A DNA stretch of 64,000 nt, from the IMG/VR virus record IMGVR_UViG_3300021962_000021, positions 124,001 through 188,000 of that record. One strand, written 5' to 3'. The position numbers were made by a program, and so were the translations under genes. The notes beneath the pieces are model-generated. The model was not told where the DNA came from, did no database searches, and was given only the letters and a program-made list of their open reading frames with translations. Positions 29,501 to 38,124 of this stretch are shown here, one piece after another (position 1 is the first letter of the stretch; every line of letters starts with the position of its first letter).

Positions 29501-29711
29501 TGGATTACCTCGTCCAAACTTCTTAGTAATTGATGAGGGATTTGGAACATTGGATAGTGATAACCTTTCTTCTTTATTCGGAATGATGCAATATCTTAAA
29601 ACTCAATTTGATTTTATTTGGGTAATTTCTCACTTAGATGCTATGAGAGATATTGTAGATGGATTGATTGAGATTAAAAAGGAGAATGGATTTAGTAAGA
29701 TTGATTTTTAA
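26562..29711 (+). CDS. Fused SbcD(Mre11/gp47)-SbcC(Rad50/gp46) nuclease-ATPase
   Basis: ADVH, GDIAH, GNHD, GDIH metallophosphoesterase motifs; APNASGKS Walker A, CKFC hook, CSGME signature, VIDEGFGTLD Walker B/D-loop, ISH switch, all in one ORF. Confidence 0.92.
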   Translation: MSKLKTIYHIADVHIRNVKRHKEYRQVFEKMFEEIRNRGTEDAIIYLAGDIAHAKLEMSPELVREISWLFTECAKLAPTILITGNHDCNMNNLDRIDVLTPIVEALNLDNFYYLRDTQVWKHGDTAFAVYSIFDNKNNWPKAEDIDAKTKIALFHGPVDNSITDVGYVVSSRHFTTDIFDGYDLALLGDIHKRQEMISPKGCKVVYAGSLVQQNFGETLDKHGFLIWDIDTLTYEAIDIPNEYGYYTLDVDNGIVPIVNNMPKHARLRVRLSNTDTADTKKVLTEIKMRYGLEDFTIIRTDSLSKLKTGNRQNKLDFEDITDVNHQNSLIHDYVKRMMPFVTDEDLFELETINRDVNSRIVLDDVARNIQWKPIRFEFSNMFSYGEDNVIDFSKLNGLMGLFAPNASGKSSLFDSISFCLYDKSSRAFKAANIMNNRKTDFKCKLEFDINGERYFIERSAKTINKGKNVKVDVEFYKMEGDERTSLNGTERRDTNAIIEQYVGTYEDFVLTALSLQGNNALFIDKSQSERKDLLAQFMGLNIFDKLYDTALEDIREVSVLIKNFKKTDFTTELANKGIEIKDRKGELKELQQQLNSETKIKEGIEGEVLNLTRQLAPIDSNLDLPTLEEKRKSIGKQIENLETEYTNTETKIETHNDTLTEISKSIEEKKTFNGSIDIETAYSNYQREKTNLVEATKVYDTAKLHLSLAEEKISHLDKHEYDPNCKFCCNNEFVKDAMKAKEGLPQFKDVVKQAMIDCVGIQQTLDTMEGVEEQYNQLQELKTRYSKLKVILEKAEMEYKGLETKEELLQTQLDKVEEDIEKYYENEDTIETNKELEKQIKEKETLKSEVDKVIRQINKDINDTNSAITQLQSFIDNIKAKMDEVKDLEEKNRLYTYYLDAVKRDGVPYELISKALPVIQTEVNNILGQVVDFGVVMEVDGKNINAKIVYEDQEWALEMCSGMEKFISGLAIRVALINICGLPRPNFLVIDEGFGTLDSDNLSSLFGMMQYLKTQFDFIWVISHLDAMRDIVDGLIEIKKENGFSKIDF

Positions 29712-29718
29712 TATTTAT
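29711..29718 (+). promoter_or_regulatory. Putative late promoter ATATTTAT
   Basis: 4 nt before the ATG at 29723. Confidence 0.5.
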
Positions 29719-29722
29719 TATT

Positions 29723-30448
29723 ATGATAAGTGTAGAACAATTTAGAGAACAAGGATATGTTTGTGATTCAATTGAAAAATATTCTGATTTAATTGATTTT
29801 AATGATTTAAAATCTATAAAAAATTCAATAGATTCAATTAATATAAAAAGACATTCAAAATACGATTATTGGTTTAAATATAAAGAATTATCATATATGG
29901 AAGAAATTGTATATGATGAACTTTTAAGAAATGATAAAAATTTGGATGTTGCTGATGAGGTTTATGAAAAAGGTCACGAATATCAAATCAAAAAAATAGA
30001 AGATTGTGGGTTTTATCCAACTTGGGTATTTGGAACTTCAATGTCTCCAGATATAACGCATATTTTACATAATGGTATTATAAATAAATTCCAAGAGAAT
30101 TTTTGTAAAAAATATTATGCGGATAAAGTAAATGATACTACAACATACATGCCAATGAATCGTTTACAATTTTACGATAAGGGGTGTGAAATAAAATTAC
30201 ATGATGATGGTAGCCCTGTTGATAGAATTTGTGTTTTTCTTTATTTTTTAAATTCAGAATGGAATACGGATAATGGTGGGCAATTGATTCTTCATACAAA
30301 TGAAAATGAAATTATAAAAATAAATCCAACATTTCCAAACTTTGTTGTATTAGACTCTGAAAAAAACTTATTTCATGAAGTAGAAAAAGTTAAAAATGAT
30401 ATGAAATATAATATGGTATCATTTCTATCATATAAAAATAATGGTTAG
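29723..30448 (+). CDS. 2OG-Fe(II) oxygenase (prolyl-hydroxylase-like)
   Basis: LHDDG (HxD), FLYFLNSEW..NGGQL, FHEV (distal His). Confidence 0.8.
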   Translation: MISVEQFREQGYVCDSIEKYSDLIDFNDLKSIKNSIDSINIKRHSKYDYWFKYKELSYMEEIVYDELLRNDKNLDVADEVYEKGHEYQIKKIEDCGFYPTWVFGTSMSPDITHILHNGIINKFQENFCKKYYADKVNDTTTYMPMNRLQFYDKGCEIKLHDDGSPVDRICVFLYFLNSEWNTDNGGQLILHTNENEIIKINPTFPNFVVLDSEKNLFHEVEKVKNDMKYNMVSFLSYKNNG

Positions 30449-30630
30449 GAAGAGTGAGTTCTAATAGAAACTTTATCAGCCTTCAACACACCTGATTGTT
30501 GTTTCACAACACCGACGTGTTTTTTAATTAGATTCTCAACCAAACTACCCATCTTAAACCCGTGTTCTTCACAATATGTTTTGAGAAGTTCATGGGTTTC
30601 TTTTTTGATTTGCAACATAGCGTATTTCAT
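30445..30630 (-). CDS. Small ribbon-helix-helix-like DNA-binding protein
   Basis: MKYAMLQIKKETHELLKTYCEEHGFKMGSLVENLIKKH fits an RHH strand-helix-helix pattern; late-type motif upstream on its own strand. Confidence 0.65.
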   Translation of the reverse strand: MKYAMLQIKKETHELLKTYCEEHGFKMGSLVENLIKKHVGVVKQQSGVLKADKVSIRTHSS

Positions 30631-30690
30631 AACTTATTTATTTTTCTTTAGTTTTCTAAAATACAATATAGTATTTTTTATTTTTCTTTA

Positions 30691-30699
30691 TATAAATAT
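30691..30699 (-). promoter_or_regulatory. Putative late promoter ATATTTATA on minus strand
   Basis: Plus-strand TATAAATAT; upstream of the only minus-strand gene. Confidence 0.45.
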
Positions 30700-30720
30700 G
30701 AAGGAATAATTTTTTTGGAA

Positions 30721-30728
30721 ATATTTAT
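30721..30728 (+). promoter_or_regulatory. Putative late promoter ATATTTAT driving tail fibre and glycan operon
   Basis: 12 nt before the ATG at 30741. Confidence 0.55.
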
Positions 30729-30740
30729 TTAAAAAGATTA

Positions 30741-33700
30741 ATGGCGGTTCTAAAGAAAACATTATTTCCTGAAAATTTAGAAAAGTATTCCGTTCTCATT
30801 CAAGATACGGATACCAATAGTAAGTATTTTAAAATTACAGAGTTACCCGATACCTTTACAGGAGGTAAAAATGCATTCTTAATTCAAGGTTCTGAATTTT
30901 TAGTTGCTGATACTATTGTAAAAATAGAAATCAAAGATTCTCAAGGTAATATAATTTATCACGAACCAGGTGAGGGTATACCCGAATATTATGAGGGAAC
31001 TTCAAAAGTTATAGCGGTTTACATTTATCCAGATACGGCATTTGGTCCATGTACAATTACAATATTGGGTGAAGTTTCGGAATATGTTGATGCAAATGGT
31101 ATAAAGCAACCCGTTCCGTTACAATATAGAGATACTTACAATGTAAGATGGCAGAAAGAAATAAATGTAAATCCATTTTTACAAAATAATACAAAAATTC
31201 GTTTTTACAAAAGACCGCAGGTAGAGATAACCGAAATTTTAAAACCTGTATTTACTATCACCGAAACAAGAATAGCACAAGGTGGTAATACATCTTTATA
31301 TCCAACGGATTATTATGTAAATAATACTTTTGGTAAATTTGGTGACCAATATATTTTACCAGATGATTTGGAATATTTTGCTACATTACTAAATGGACAA
31401 ACTTTTCAAAATAATATGTTGGGCGAAACTATGAGTTTTTCATCCTATCCAACTTATACTCCAGAAATATTAGAAATTATATCAGCTGATACTGCTAAAA
31501 TTAATCCTCCCTTAATAGAATCCGATATTGTTCAGACGGTTATGACAACACCATATTCTGTTACATATTTATCCGGTTCAGATAGAACGCAATCCGAATT
31601 TACATCATCATATGCAAATATAAAATTATCTCAATTGGAAACATTTGCGGGTGATGTAAAAAGAGTAAAAGTATTTAGACGTTCTAAAGGTAGTATTTCT
31701 GATTATGAATTGGTGCAAGATATTTTATTAGAATCGACAGAGTTATTGATTACATTGGAAGGTAGTAGTAGAGCAGTTCAATCTACTGGTATTTTTGATT
31801 CTGAAATTTTATCAAAATATTGGAATACTACGGAAACTTTAACATCCACTTTATCAAATTCAAGATTAGTAAATGGAGTTAAATTAAATGGTGGTGGTAA
31901 GTTTTTATATACATCATCTTTAGATTTAACATCCAAAACCGTTTATGAATTACAATTTGATGCGTTTTATAGTTCATCAACTGCATCGGATTTAGATATA
32001 TACATAAGTGGTTCAACTACAACAAATAGTTCATCTATTGGTGAATTAAAAATAGGAACTTTAACCGGTATATCACCGACTAAAAAATTTGAAAATCAAA
32101 TAGTTCAATTTAAATTGGATGTAACGGAACCATCGGCATCACTATATTTTAGCGCATCACAAGGTGAATGGCATCTATCAGATTTAAGTTTAGTTGTATC
32201 AGCAGAAACAGCATTTTCACCCGACTCTGTTGCATTTTTGACATCTGTTCCAACGACCGTTCCAAATGAAATATTTGAATTTAAATTTGAATTTTATGAT
32301 GTAAATAATAATTTCGTTCCAATAACGATATTAAAAGAAAAACAATTTTCAGGTGGAACAAATACAGTTATTGTTTTAACTCAATTGGCTTCATCATCGG
32401 TTGAGTTAAGTTCTTCGATTGCATCGGCATCTTTAGATTTAACAAACACAATATCTTCCGTTTCACAATCTATTAGTGGAACAGTCACAGTAAATAGTGC
32501 ATCTGCGTATACAACAATTACAAATGTAAGTAGTTCGGTTAGTGGTTCGATATTTAGTTTGAGTGGAAGTGTTAGTGGAACAATAGGCAGTGTGAGTGCA
32601 TCTGTAAGTGGGACTATCGGACAAGTTAGTAGTTCGGTAAGTGGAACAATAGGTAGTGTGAGTGCATCAGTGAGTGGGACTATTGGTCAAGTAAGTGGTT
32701 CAATTAGTGGTTCAATATATACATTAAGTGGAAGTGTTAGTGGTTCGATAGCAAATGTTAGTTCATCTATAAGTTCATCATTATCTACGGCAAATTCGCA
32801 ATCATTATATACCGTTTATTCGGCATCTGCATATTTGGATAAATTTATTTTTACGGATGAAAATGGTAAGGTAAAAAGACCACCAACCGCATCTGTATCT
32901 GGTCTTTATACGGGAGATACTCATTTAGGATTTTATGGTGGTGGTGTTTGGAAAACTTATATGGATAATCAGGGTGATTTTTATTTAACATCATCTGCGG
33001 TTAATGGTGGGTTTTTAGCATGGAGTTCGACACAAGGTAGATTACAAATCGCCGGAGATATAAATATTCAAGGTGGTAATGCCGCAACAACTACTGCTTT
33101 ATCATCTTCATTAAATGCAGTAAGTGGTGCCATAAATTCCGCAACCGCTTCTTTATCTACATCCGTTGCATCTACAACATTTACAACAGCAACTGGTTTA
33201 ATTGCAAAACCACCAACCGTATTAGTTGGTTCTACTGCCGGTCTTTATTTGGGAAGTTCTTATTTAGGATATTATAATGGAAGTGATTGGAAAACCTATA
33301 TGGCCAATAATGGTAACTTCTATTTAAGTGGAACAGGAACCGATTCATTAACTTGGAATGGTAGCACTTTAACAATCAATGGTGCAATAACTGTTACGGG
33401 TGGTAATGCTGCAACATCGGCAGCTTTAACATCTTCGTTATCATCCACATTAAGTTCTGCAAATTCGACTGCAGCTGGGTATGCTGCAAATGCGGTGACA
33501 TCTGGTTCAGTATCTGCGGCAGCTGCACAAACGGCTGCACAATTATTTGCAACAAGTATAGGAACTAACGCTGTAGCATCAGGTTCAGCTGCAGCATCTG
33601 CTGCACAGACTGCGGCAATAAATCAGGCCAAAACGGATGCATCCGCCTCTATTAATTTATTAGCTAATGGTAACTGGACAGGTGGTAGTGGAACATTTAT

Positions 33701-35822
33701 AACTGCTACATCTATTTCATCGCCTGTAATCGCAGGTAATGGTGGATATATTTCAGGTTTATTTGTAGTTGGAAGTGGTGGAGCAATAACATTGGATGGT
33801 GTAAATAAAAAAATGTATATTGGAACGGGAACATATAATAATACCAATACATCTTTTTATGTAGATAATTCGGGTCAATTTTCTTTAAAAGATAAATTAA
33901 CTTGGGATGGAACAACATTGACAGTAAATGGTGCCGTTAATATTACAGGAGGTAGTGCTGCCAGTGCAATAACAAATTTAAATAGTGCAACATCTTCATT
34001 AGCAAGTTCGGTATCAACTGCACAATCAACTGCAAATACAGCGGTATCAAATGCTTCAACGGCACAATCTACCGCAAATACTGCAAATACAAAAGCAGAT
34101 ACTGCACAATCACAATTAACAGCAATAGGTTCGCAATCTGGTTCTTGGGTAAATCCATCAAACTACAATTTCGGTGGAAGTGGATTTGCATTGGCAAACG
34201 CAGCACCTGCGGGCTCTGGATTATATTTGGGTGCAAATTATTTGGGGTATTATAATGGTAGTTCTTGGAAATCTTATATGGATAATTCGGGTAACTTTGG
34301 TTTACAAGGTAGTGCGGGTTATTTAACATGGACCGCCGCATCCGATGCATTGGCTATAAAAGGAGATATTACTGCAACGAATATAACAGCAACAAACACA
34401 GGAAATATTGCAGGGTGGACACTAAGTTCCGATTCTTTATCAAAATCAACGGGTAGTTTTAGTTTAAGATTAACAACTTCAGGAAACAAACCAGCTATTG
34501 TTATTAGAGAAACAAATAGTGTGGATTATTTGGATAGATTGAGAATTAATGCCGATTTAACCATTCCTGCAATTAATATTAGTGATACGGGATCGTTGGG
34601 GTATTCTAATAGTTCACAAATACTTGCAACCGTATATGGGTCGGATAATCCGCCATATCAAGATGGTAATACGGGATACGATATGGCTGCATATGGGCAT
34701 ATCAACTATGGATATGGGTATGGTATAATTGGTTTACAATACGCATCTGAAGAGATATTTGTGGAAGCGGACCAGTTTCCAAGCATATCAAATATTATTT
34801 CAGGCCAATGTGATTATCAGGAATCTATTACAGGATATTGGGATTGTTATTTAAGAGTTAGACAATTCCCATCGGCAGTAGATGCACAAAATGAAACAAA
34901 TGTAAATACTTCTTTTGGATTTGGTGGAGAACAATTAATATTGTTAGCTTCAGCGCAATATTATGAATATAGTGGTCAAGTATATACCGATGTTCAAAAT
35001 AAATACGGTGGAACAATTAAAGCACCAGGAGGTGGGGGTATTAACACGGTGGGGACAGCCGTTTGGTATAGAGTTGAAATCATACAATATTATTATGGAT
35101 ATGTGGATGGAACCGCAAATAGTTTTATAAGAATTAGAAGGCCGGCAGGAGATATTATTGTAAAATTTGGTAGAGTTGGTAATGGTTATTCGATATTCTC
35201 TCCGGGCGGTATACAGGTTTATCAGGGTTTTAAAAACTATATGAATGCGGCTGATGTTTCTGCAAAAGCAGCGGGTCTTGATTCGGAGGCAGCTGCGAAC
35301 ATAAACTTTTTTGAAGTAAAAGGAAAATCGGGTATAATTGGTTCATTATCAATATCGGAAGGTTTAACTGGAAAATATAAAAACTTTAAAATACAACATC
35401 CAATACATGAAAACAAATGGTTATATCATACAGCAATAGAAGGACCTAGAGCAGATTTGATGTATAGAGGGACCGTTGAATTGTTAAACGGAGAAGCAAT
35501 GTGTTCAATAGATTCTGCCTCAAAAATGACGGAAGGAACTTTTTATAATCTATCAAGAAATGCACAATTATTTTTACAAAACGAATCAGGATTTGATAGA
35601 ATTAAAGGAAATATTATTAGTGGTTCTATAAATATACAATGTGAAAATACTCAATCAACCGATGTGGTTAGTTGGTTAGTTGTTGCCGAAAGAAATGATC
35701 CAGATATAATAGATTCACCACTATATGATAGAAATAAAAATTATAGAACGGAAAAATATAAAAACGATTTTTTATTACAGGCTAAAAATGAATTAATACA
35801 AAGAATAAGTGGTAGTATATGA
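30741..35822 (+). CDS. Long tail fibre / receptor-binding protein (1693 aa)
   Basis: Globular N-terminus, Ser/Ala coiled-coil stalks, repeated beta modules, C-terminal KNFKIQHP...LYHTAIEGPRADLMYRG chaperone-like segment typical of fibre ends. Confidence 0.75.
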   Translation: MAVLKKTLFPENLEKYSVLIQDTDTNSKYFKITELPDTFTGGKNAFLIQGSEFLVADTIVKIEIKDSQGNIIYHEPGEGIPEYYEGTSKVIAVYIYPDTAFGPCTITILGEVSEYVDANGIKQPVPLQYRDTYNVRWQKEINVNPFLQNNTKIRFYKRPQVEITEILKPVFTITETRIAQGGNTSLYPTDYYVNNTFGKFGDQYILPDDLEYFATLLNGQTFQNNMLGETMSFSSYPTYTPEILEIISADTAKINPPLIESDIVQTVMTTPYSVTYLSGSDRTQSEFTSSYANIKLSQLETFAGDVKRVKVFRRSKGSISDYELVQDILLESTELLITLEGSSRAVQSTGIFDSEILSKYWNTTETLTSTLSNSRLVNGVKLNGGGKFLYTSSLDLTSKTVYELQFDAFYSSSTASDLDIYISGSTTTNSSSIGELKIGTLTGISPTKKFENQIVQFKLDVTEPSASLYFSASQGEWHLSDLSLVVSAETAFSPDSVAFLTSVPTTVPNEIFEFKFEFYDVNNNFVPITILKEKQFSGGTNTVIVLTQLASSSVELSSSIASASLDLTNTISSVSQSISGTVTVNSASAYTTITNVSSSVSGSIFSLSGSVSGTIGSVSASVSGTIGQVSSSVSGTIGSVSASVSGTIGQVSGSISGSIYTLSGSVSGSIANVSSSISSSLSTANSQSLYTVYSASAYLDKFIFTDENGKVKRPPTASVSGLYTGDTHLGFYGGGVWKTYMDNQGDFYLTSSAVNGGFLAWSSTQGRLQIAGDINIQGGNAATTTALSSSLNAVSGAINSATASLSTSVASTTFTTATGLIAKPPTVLVGSTAGLYLGSSYLGYYNGSDWKTYMANNGNFYLSGTGTDSLTWNGSTLTINGAITVTGGNAATSAALTSSLSSTLSSANSTAAGYAANAVTSGSVSAAAAQTAAQLFATSIGTNAVASGSAAASAAQTAAINQAKTDASASINLLANGNWTGGSGTFITATSISSPVIAGNGGYISGLFVVGSGGAITLDGVNKKMYIGTGTYNNTNTSFYVDNSGQFSLKDKLTWDGTTLTVNGAVNITGGSAASAITNLNSATSSLASSVSTAQSTANTAVSNASTAQSTANTANTKADTAQSQLTAIGSQSGSWVNPSNYNFGGSGFALANAAPAGSGLYLGANYLGYYNGSSWKSYMDNSGNFGLQGSAGYLTWTAASDALAIKGDITATNITATNTGNIAGWTLSSDSLSKSTGSFSLRLTTSGNKPAIVIRETNSVDYLDRLRINADLTIPAINISDTGSLGYSNSSQILATVYGSDNPPYQDGNTGYDMAAYGHINYGYGYGIIGLQYASEEIFVEADQFPSISNIISGQCDYQESITGYWDCYLRVRQFPSAVDAQNETNVNTSFGFGGEQLILLASAQYYEYSGQVYTDVQNKYGGTIKAPGGGGINTVGTAVWYRVEIIQYYYGYVDGTANSFIRIRRPAGDIIVKFGRVGNGYSIFSPGGIQVYQGFKNYMNAADVSAKAAGLDSEAAANINFFEVKGKSGIIGSLSISEGLTGKYKNFKIQHPIHENKWLYHTAIEGPRADLMYRGTVELLNGEAMCSIDSASKMTEGTFYNLSRNAQLFLQNESGFDRIKGNIISGSINIQCENTQSTDVVSWLVVAERNDPDIIDSPLYDRNKNYRTEKYKNDFLLQAKNELIQRISGSI
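32529..32792 (+). repeat. Eight 33-bp (11-aa) Ser-rich repeats, e.g. SSSVSGTIGSV / SASVSGTIGQV
   Basis: Hendecad periodicity visible in protein and DNA, including a near-identical 66-bp duplication. Confidence 0.85.
32901..34335 (+). repeat. Three ~40-aa modules GLYxGxxxLG(F/Y)YxGxxWK(T/S)YMxNxG(D/N)F
   Basis: Copies begin at 32901, 33240 and 34218, separated by Ala/Ser/Thr stalks. Confidence 0.85.
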
Positions 35823-36793
35823 TAGTATTCATAACAACGGGTTACGGAAAAAATGTTATAGGGGGTTCTGATATTTGGTGCAATAACTTTGTAGAAAATA
35901 TACTCCCTTTAATAAAAGAAGATTACAAAATAATTGTGGTTGGTAGACCTTTAATAAAAGAAGAAGGTGCAATTTATACATACGAAAACGAAGAAGAAGT
36001 AAAAAAAATATTAGATGAATGTGAAAAAATTGTTATCCTTCATCATCCATATAAAAAGTGGGAATTACTTCAAAATTACTTTCATAAAATACACACAACA
36101 TTTGTTCATGCTTTCATACCAGATGTAGTTGGATTGAATGATGAATACGAAAACCTAATGACAAGATTAGATTGGCATTGGCAAAAAGACCTTTTAGATA
36201 ATTCTAAAAACATAGTTTGGATTGGTTATGAGAGTGATACAATTCATACTTATTTTCCAAATACAATCACAATAACAAACTATTATGAATGGAAACACAA
36301 TAAACCATTTGTTCCAATAGTTAGTAATAGAATTGGTTATGCTGCAAGATGTGAAACGAGAAAGAATGCACATTATTTAGATAAAATACCCGCTTTCATA
36401 TTTTCAAACAAATATGATTACAAACGATTATTGGATGTATCTAAAATAAATTCGGAAGTTCATCAATTTATAGAATTTGATTATAAATTTCACAACAAAT
36501 TTTTTGAAAAGAATTTTCAAATATTTCATGGAGCATATACTAAAGAACCATTTGGTTATGCAATCTTCGATGCAATTGATAATGGTAAACTACCAATATT
36601 AGATACGAATTGGATGAAGGGAATTAAGTATCGTTATAGAGCAATGAATAAAGAACAATTTCATTATCAATATCTTCGTATACTTGAAGATGATTTTGAA
36701 AAAAATAAAAAACAATTTGATAGATTAAAAAAAGGTCTTGAAAAATATACAAACAAAGAAAAATGGATTACTGAAATATTAAAGGTTATATGA
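35819..36793 (+). CDS. GT-B fold glycosyltransferase (GT4-like)
   Basis: N-terminal IGGSD and C-terminal EPFGYAIFDAIDNGKLPIL (E-x-F-G...E/D-A...G-x-P); ATGA overlap with the tail-fibre stop. Confidence 0.7.
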   Translation: MIVFITTGYGKNVIGGSDIWCNNFVENILPLIKEDYKIIVVGRPLIKEEGAIYTYENEEEVKKILDECEKIVILHHPYKKWELLQNYFHKIHTTFVHAFIPDVVGLNDEYENLMTRLDWHWQKDLLDNSKNIVWIGYESDTIHTYFPNTITITNYYEWKHNKPFVPIVSNRIGYAARCETRKNAHYLDKIPAFIFSNKYDYKRLLDVSKINSEVHQFIEFDYKFHNKFFEKNFQIFHGAYTKEPFGYAIFDAIDNGKLPILDTNWMKGIKYRYRAMNKEQFHYQYLRILEDDFEKNKKQFDRLKKGLEKYTNKEKWITEILKVI

Positions 36794-38124
36794 AATATAT
36801 AAATTTACTTTGCACCACAGCAGAATTACATTGTTTATTTCCAGATGCTAAACTTTTGGATTTGAATAAGGTAATGGATAATAAATTATCTGTATTAAAA
36901 ATAAAATCAAATGATAATACTATTACAATAAACCATCATTTGGATATGAATGTGTATTCCAAAATACAAAATACAAATGATTTGATAAATATGGATTCAT
37001 ATTATACAAATCCGATTGATGATTTAACAATAATATGTGATAGAAAACTTTGGTATGAATTATACTATCCATTATTAAAAAATAATAAAGAAGATTTTTT
37101 AAAATTAGAAAATCGTTATGTAGAAAAAAACATTACAGTTTTTTTTAATTTTGCATTTTTAGAAGCAGTAAATTATGAAGATGAATCCGATTTGTTTTTG
37201 TATAATTTTAAATTTAATCATATTAAATTAACAGATTATGAATTGTTTGCAAAGGAAAATAATTTTTATTATGATTCATTTTATTCTTTATTTCATATAT
37301 TAGGAGAAGGACAATTGATAACAACTTTATTTCCACATACAAAATATGGATGGAGTGAATATTTGGTTGATTTTAAAAAAATGTTTGAAAATTTTAACAT
37401 AAATAATAAATTATATAGAACTAATGTTTATTCACAAACTTGTCAAAAACCAAGATACCATAGAATAAAATTTTTATTAGAGGCATATAAAAATGATATA
37501 TTACAACATGGAAAAAATAATGTTAATATTAAATTTTTAGAAGAATATAAACAAGCCGTAAATGATAATTTTATTTATACGGATAACACCAAAAAACATA
37601 GTATTAATCATAAGAAATATTTTAATAAAGAATTTTTTAATGAATTTTTAAAAATTATTGACAAAATAAACATCACATCAGACAATGCTGATTTTTTATA
37701 TGACCATTTGAAATATTATTTTAAAGATGAAGAATATAATGATGCATGGATTGATGTAGTTGGTGAAACACATTGCATTTTTGATTTACAATACGGATTT
37801 TTTACAGAAAAATCAATAAAACCAATTATAGCTGAAAATTTTTGTATGATTTACGGTTCTAATAAAGTTTATGATTCTTTTAAAAAAATAGGAATAGACC
37901 TATTTTTAGATGAATTTGATTTAAATGGAATAGAATATAAAAATGAATTGGAGCAAATAGATATGATTGTAACTTCTTTAAAAAAATTAAATACTAAAGA
38001 ATTGCAAAAGTTATATATAAAAAATTATAATAGAATAAAAAATAATAAGGAAAATTTAATTAATCATTATTGTAATATAATGAATAATATTAATAAATTA
38101 CTTTTAAAAACAAATATAATATGA
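36790..38124 (+). CDS. Hypothetical protein, ET..TEK..KP family (possibly GT10-like glycosyltransferase)
   Basis: IDVVGET...FFTEKSIKPI...YGS..SFKKIGIDLF; paralogous to the 52212 gene. Confidence 0.45.
   Translation: MKYINLLCTTAELHCLFPDAKLLDLNKVMDNKLSVLKIKSNDNTITINHHLDMNVYSKIQNTNDLINMDSYYTNPIDDLTIICDRKLWYELYYPLLKNNKEDFLKLENRYVEKNITVFFNFAFLEAVNYEDESDLFLYNFKFNHIKLTDYELFAKENNFYYDSFYSLFHILGEGQLITTLFPHTKYGWSEYLVDFKKMFENFNINNKLYRTNVYSQTCQKPRYHRIKFLLEAYKNDILQHGKNNVNIKFLEEYKQAVNDNFIYTDNTKKHSINHKKYFNKEFFNEFLKIIDKINITSDNADFLYDHLKYYFKDEEYNDAWIDVVGETHCIFDLQYGFFTEKSIKPIIAENFCMIYGSNKVYDSFKKIGIDLFLDEFDLNGIEYKNELEQIDMIVTSLKKLNTKELQKLYIKNYNRIKNNKENLINHYCNIMNNINKLLLKTNII

Noticed and set aside
17129-32792. CRISPR array or non-coding repeat
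   Set aside because: The visible repeats are in-frame coding repeats without unique spacers.
34600-35822. Diversity-generating retroelement target at the fibre tip
   Set aside because: No reverse transcriptase or template-repeat copy is visible in this window.
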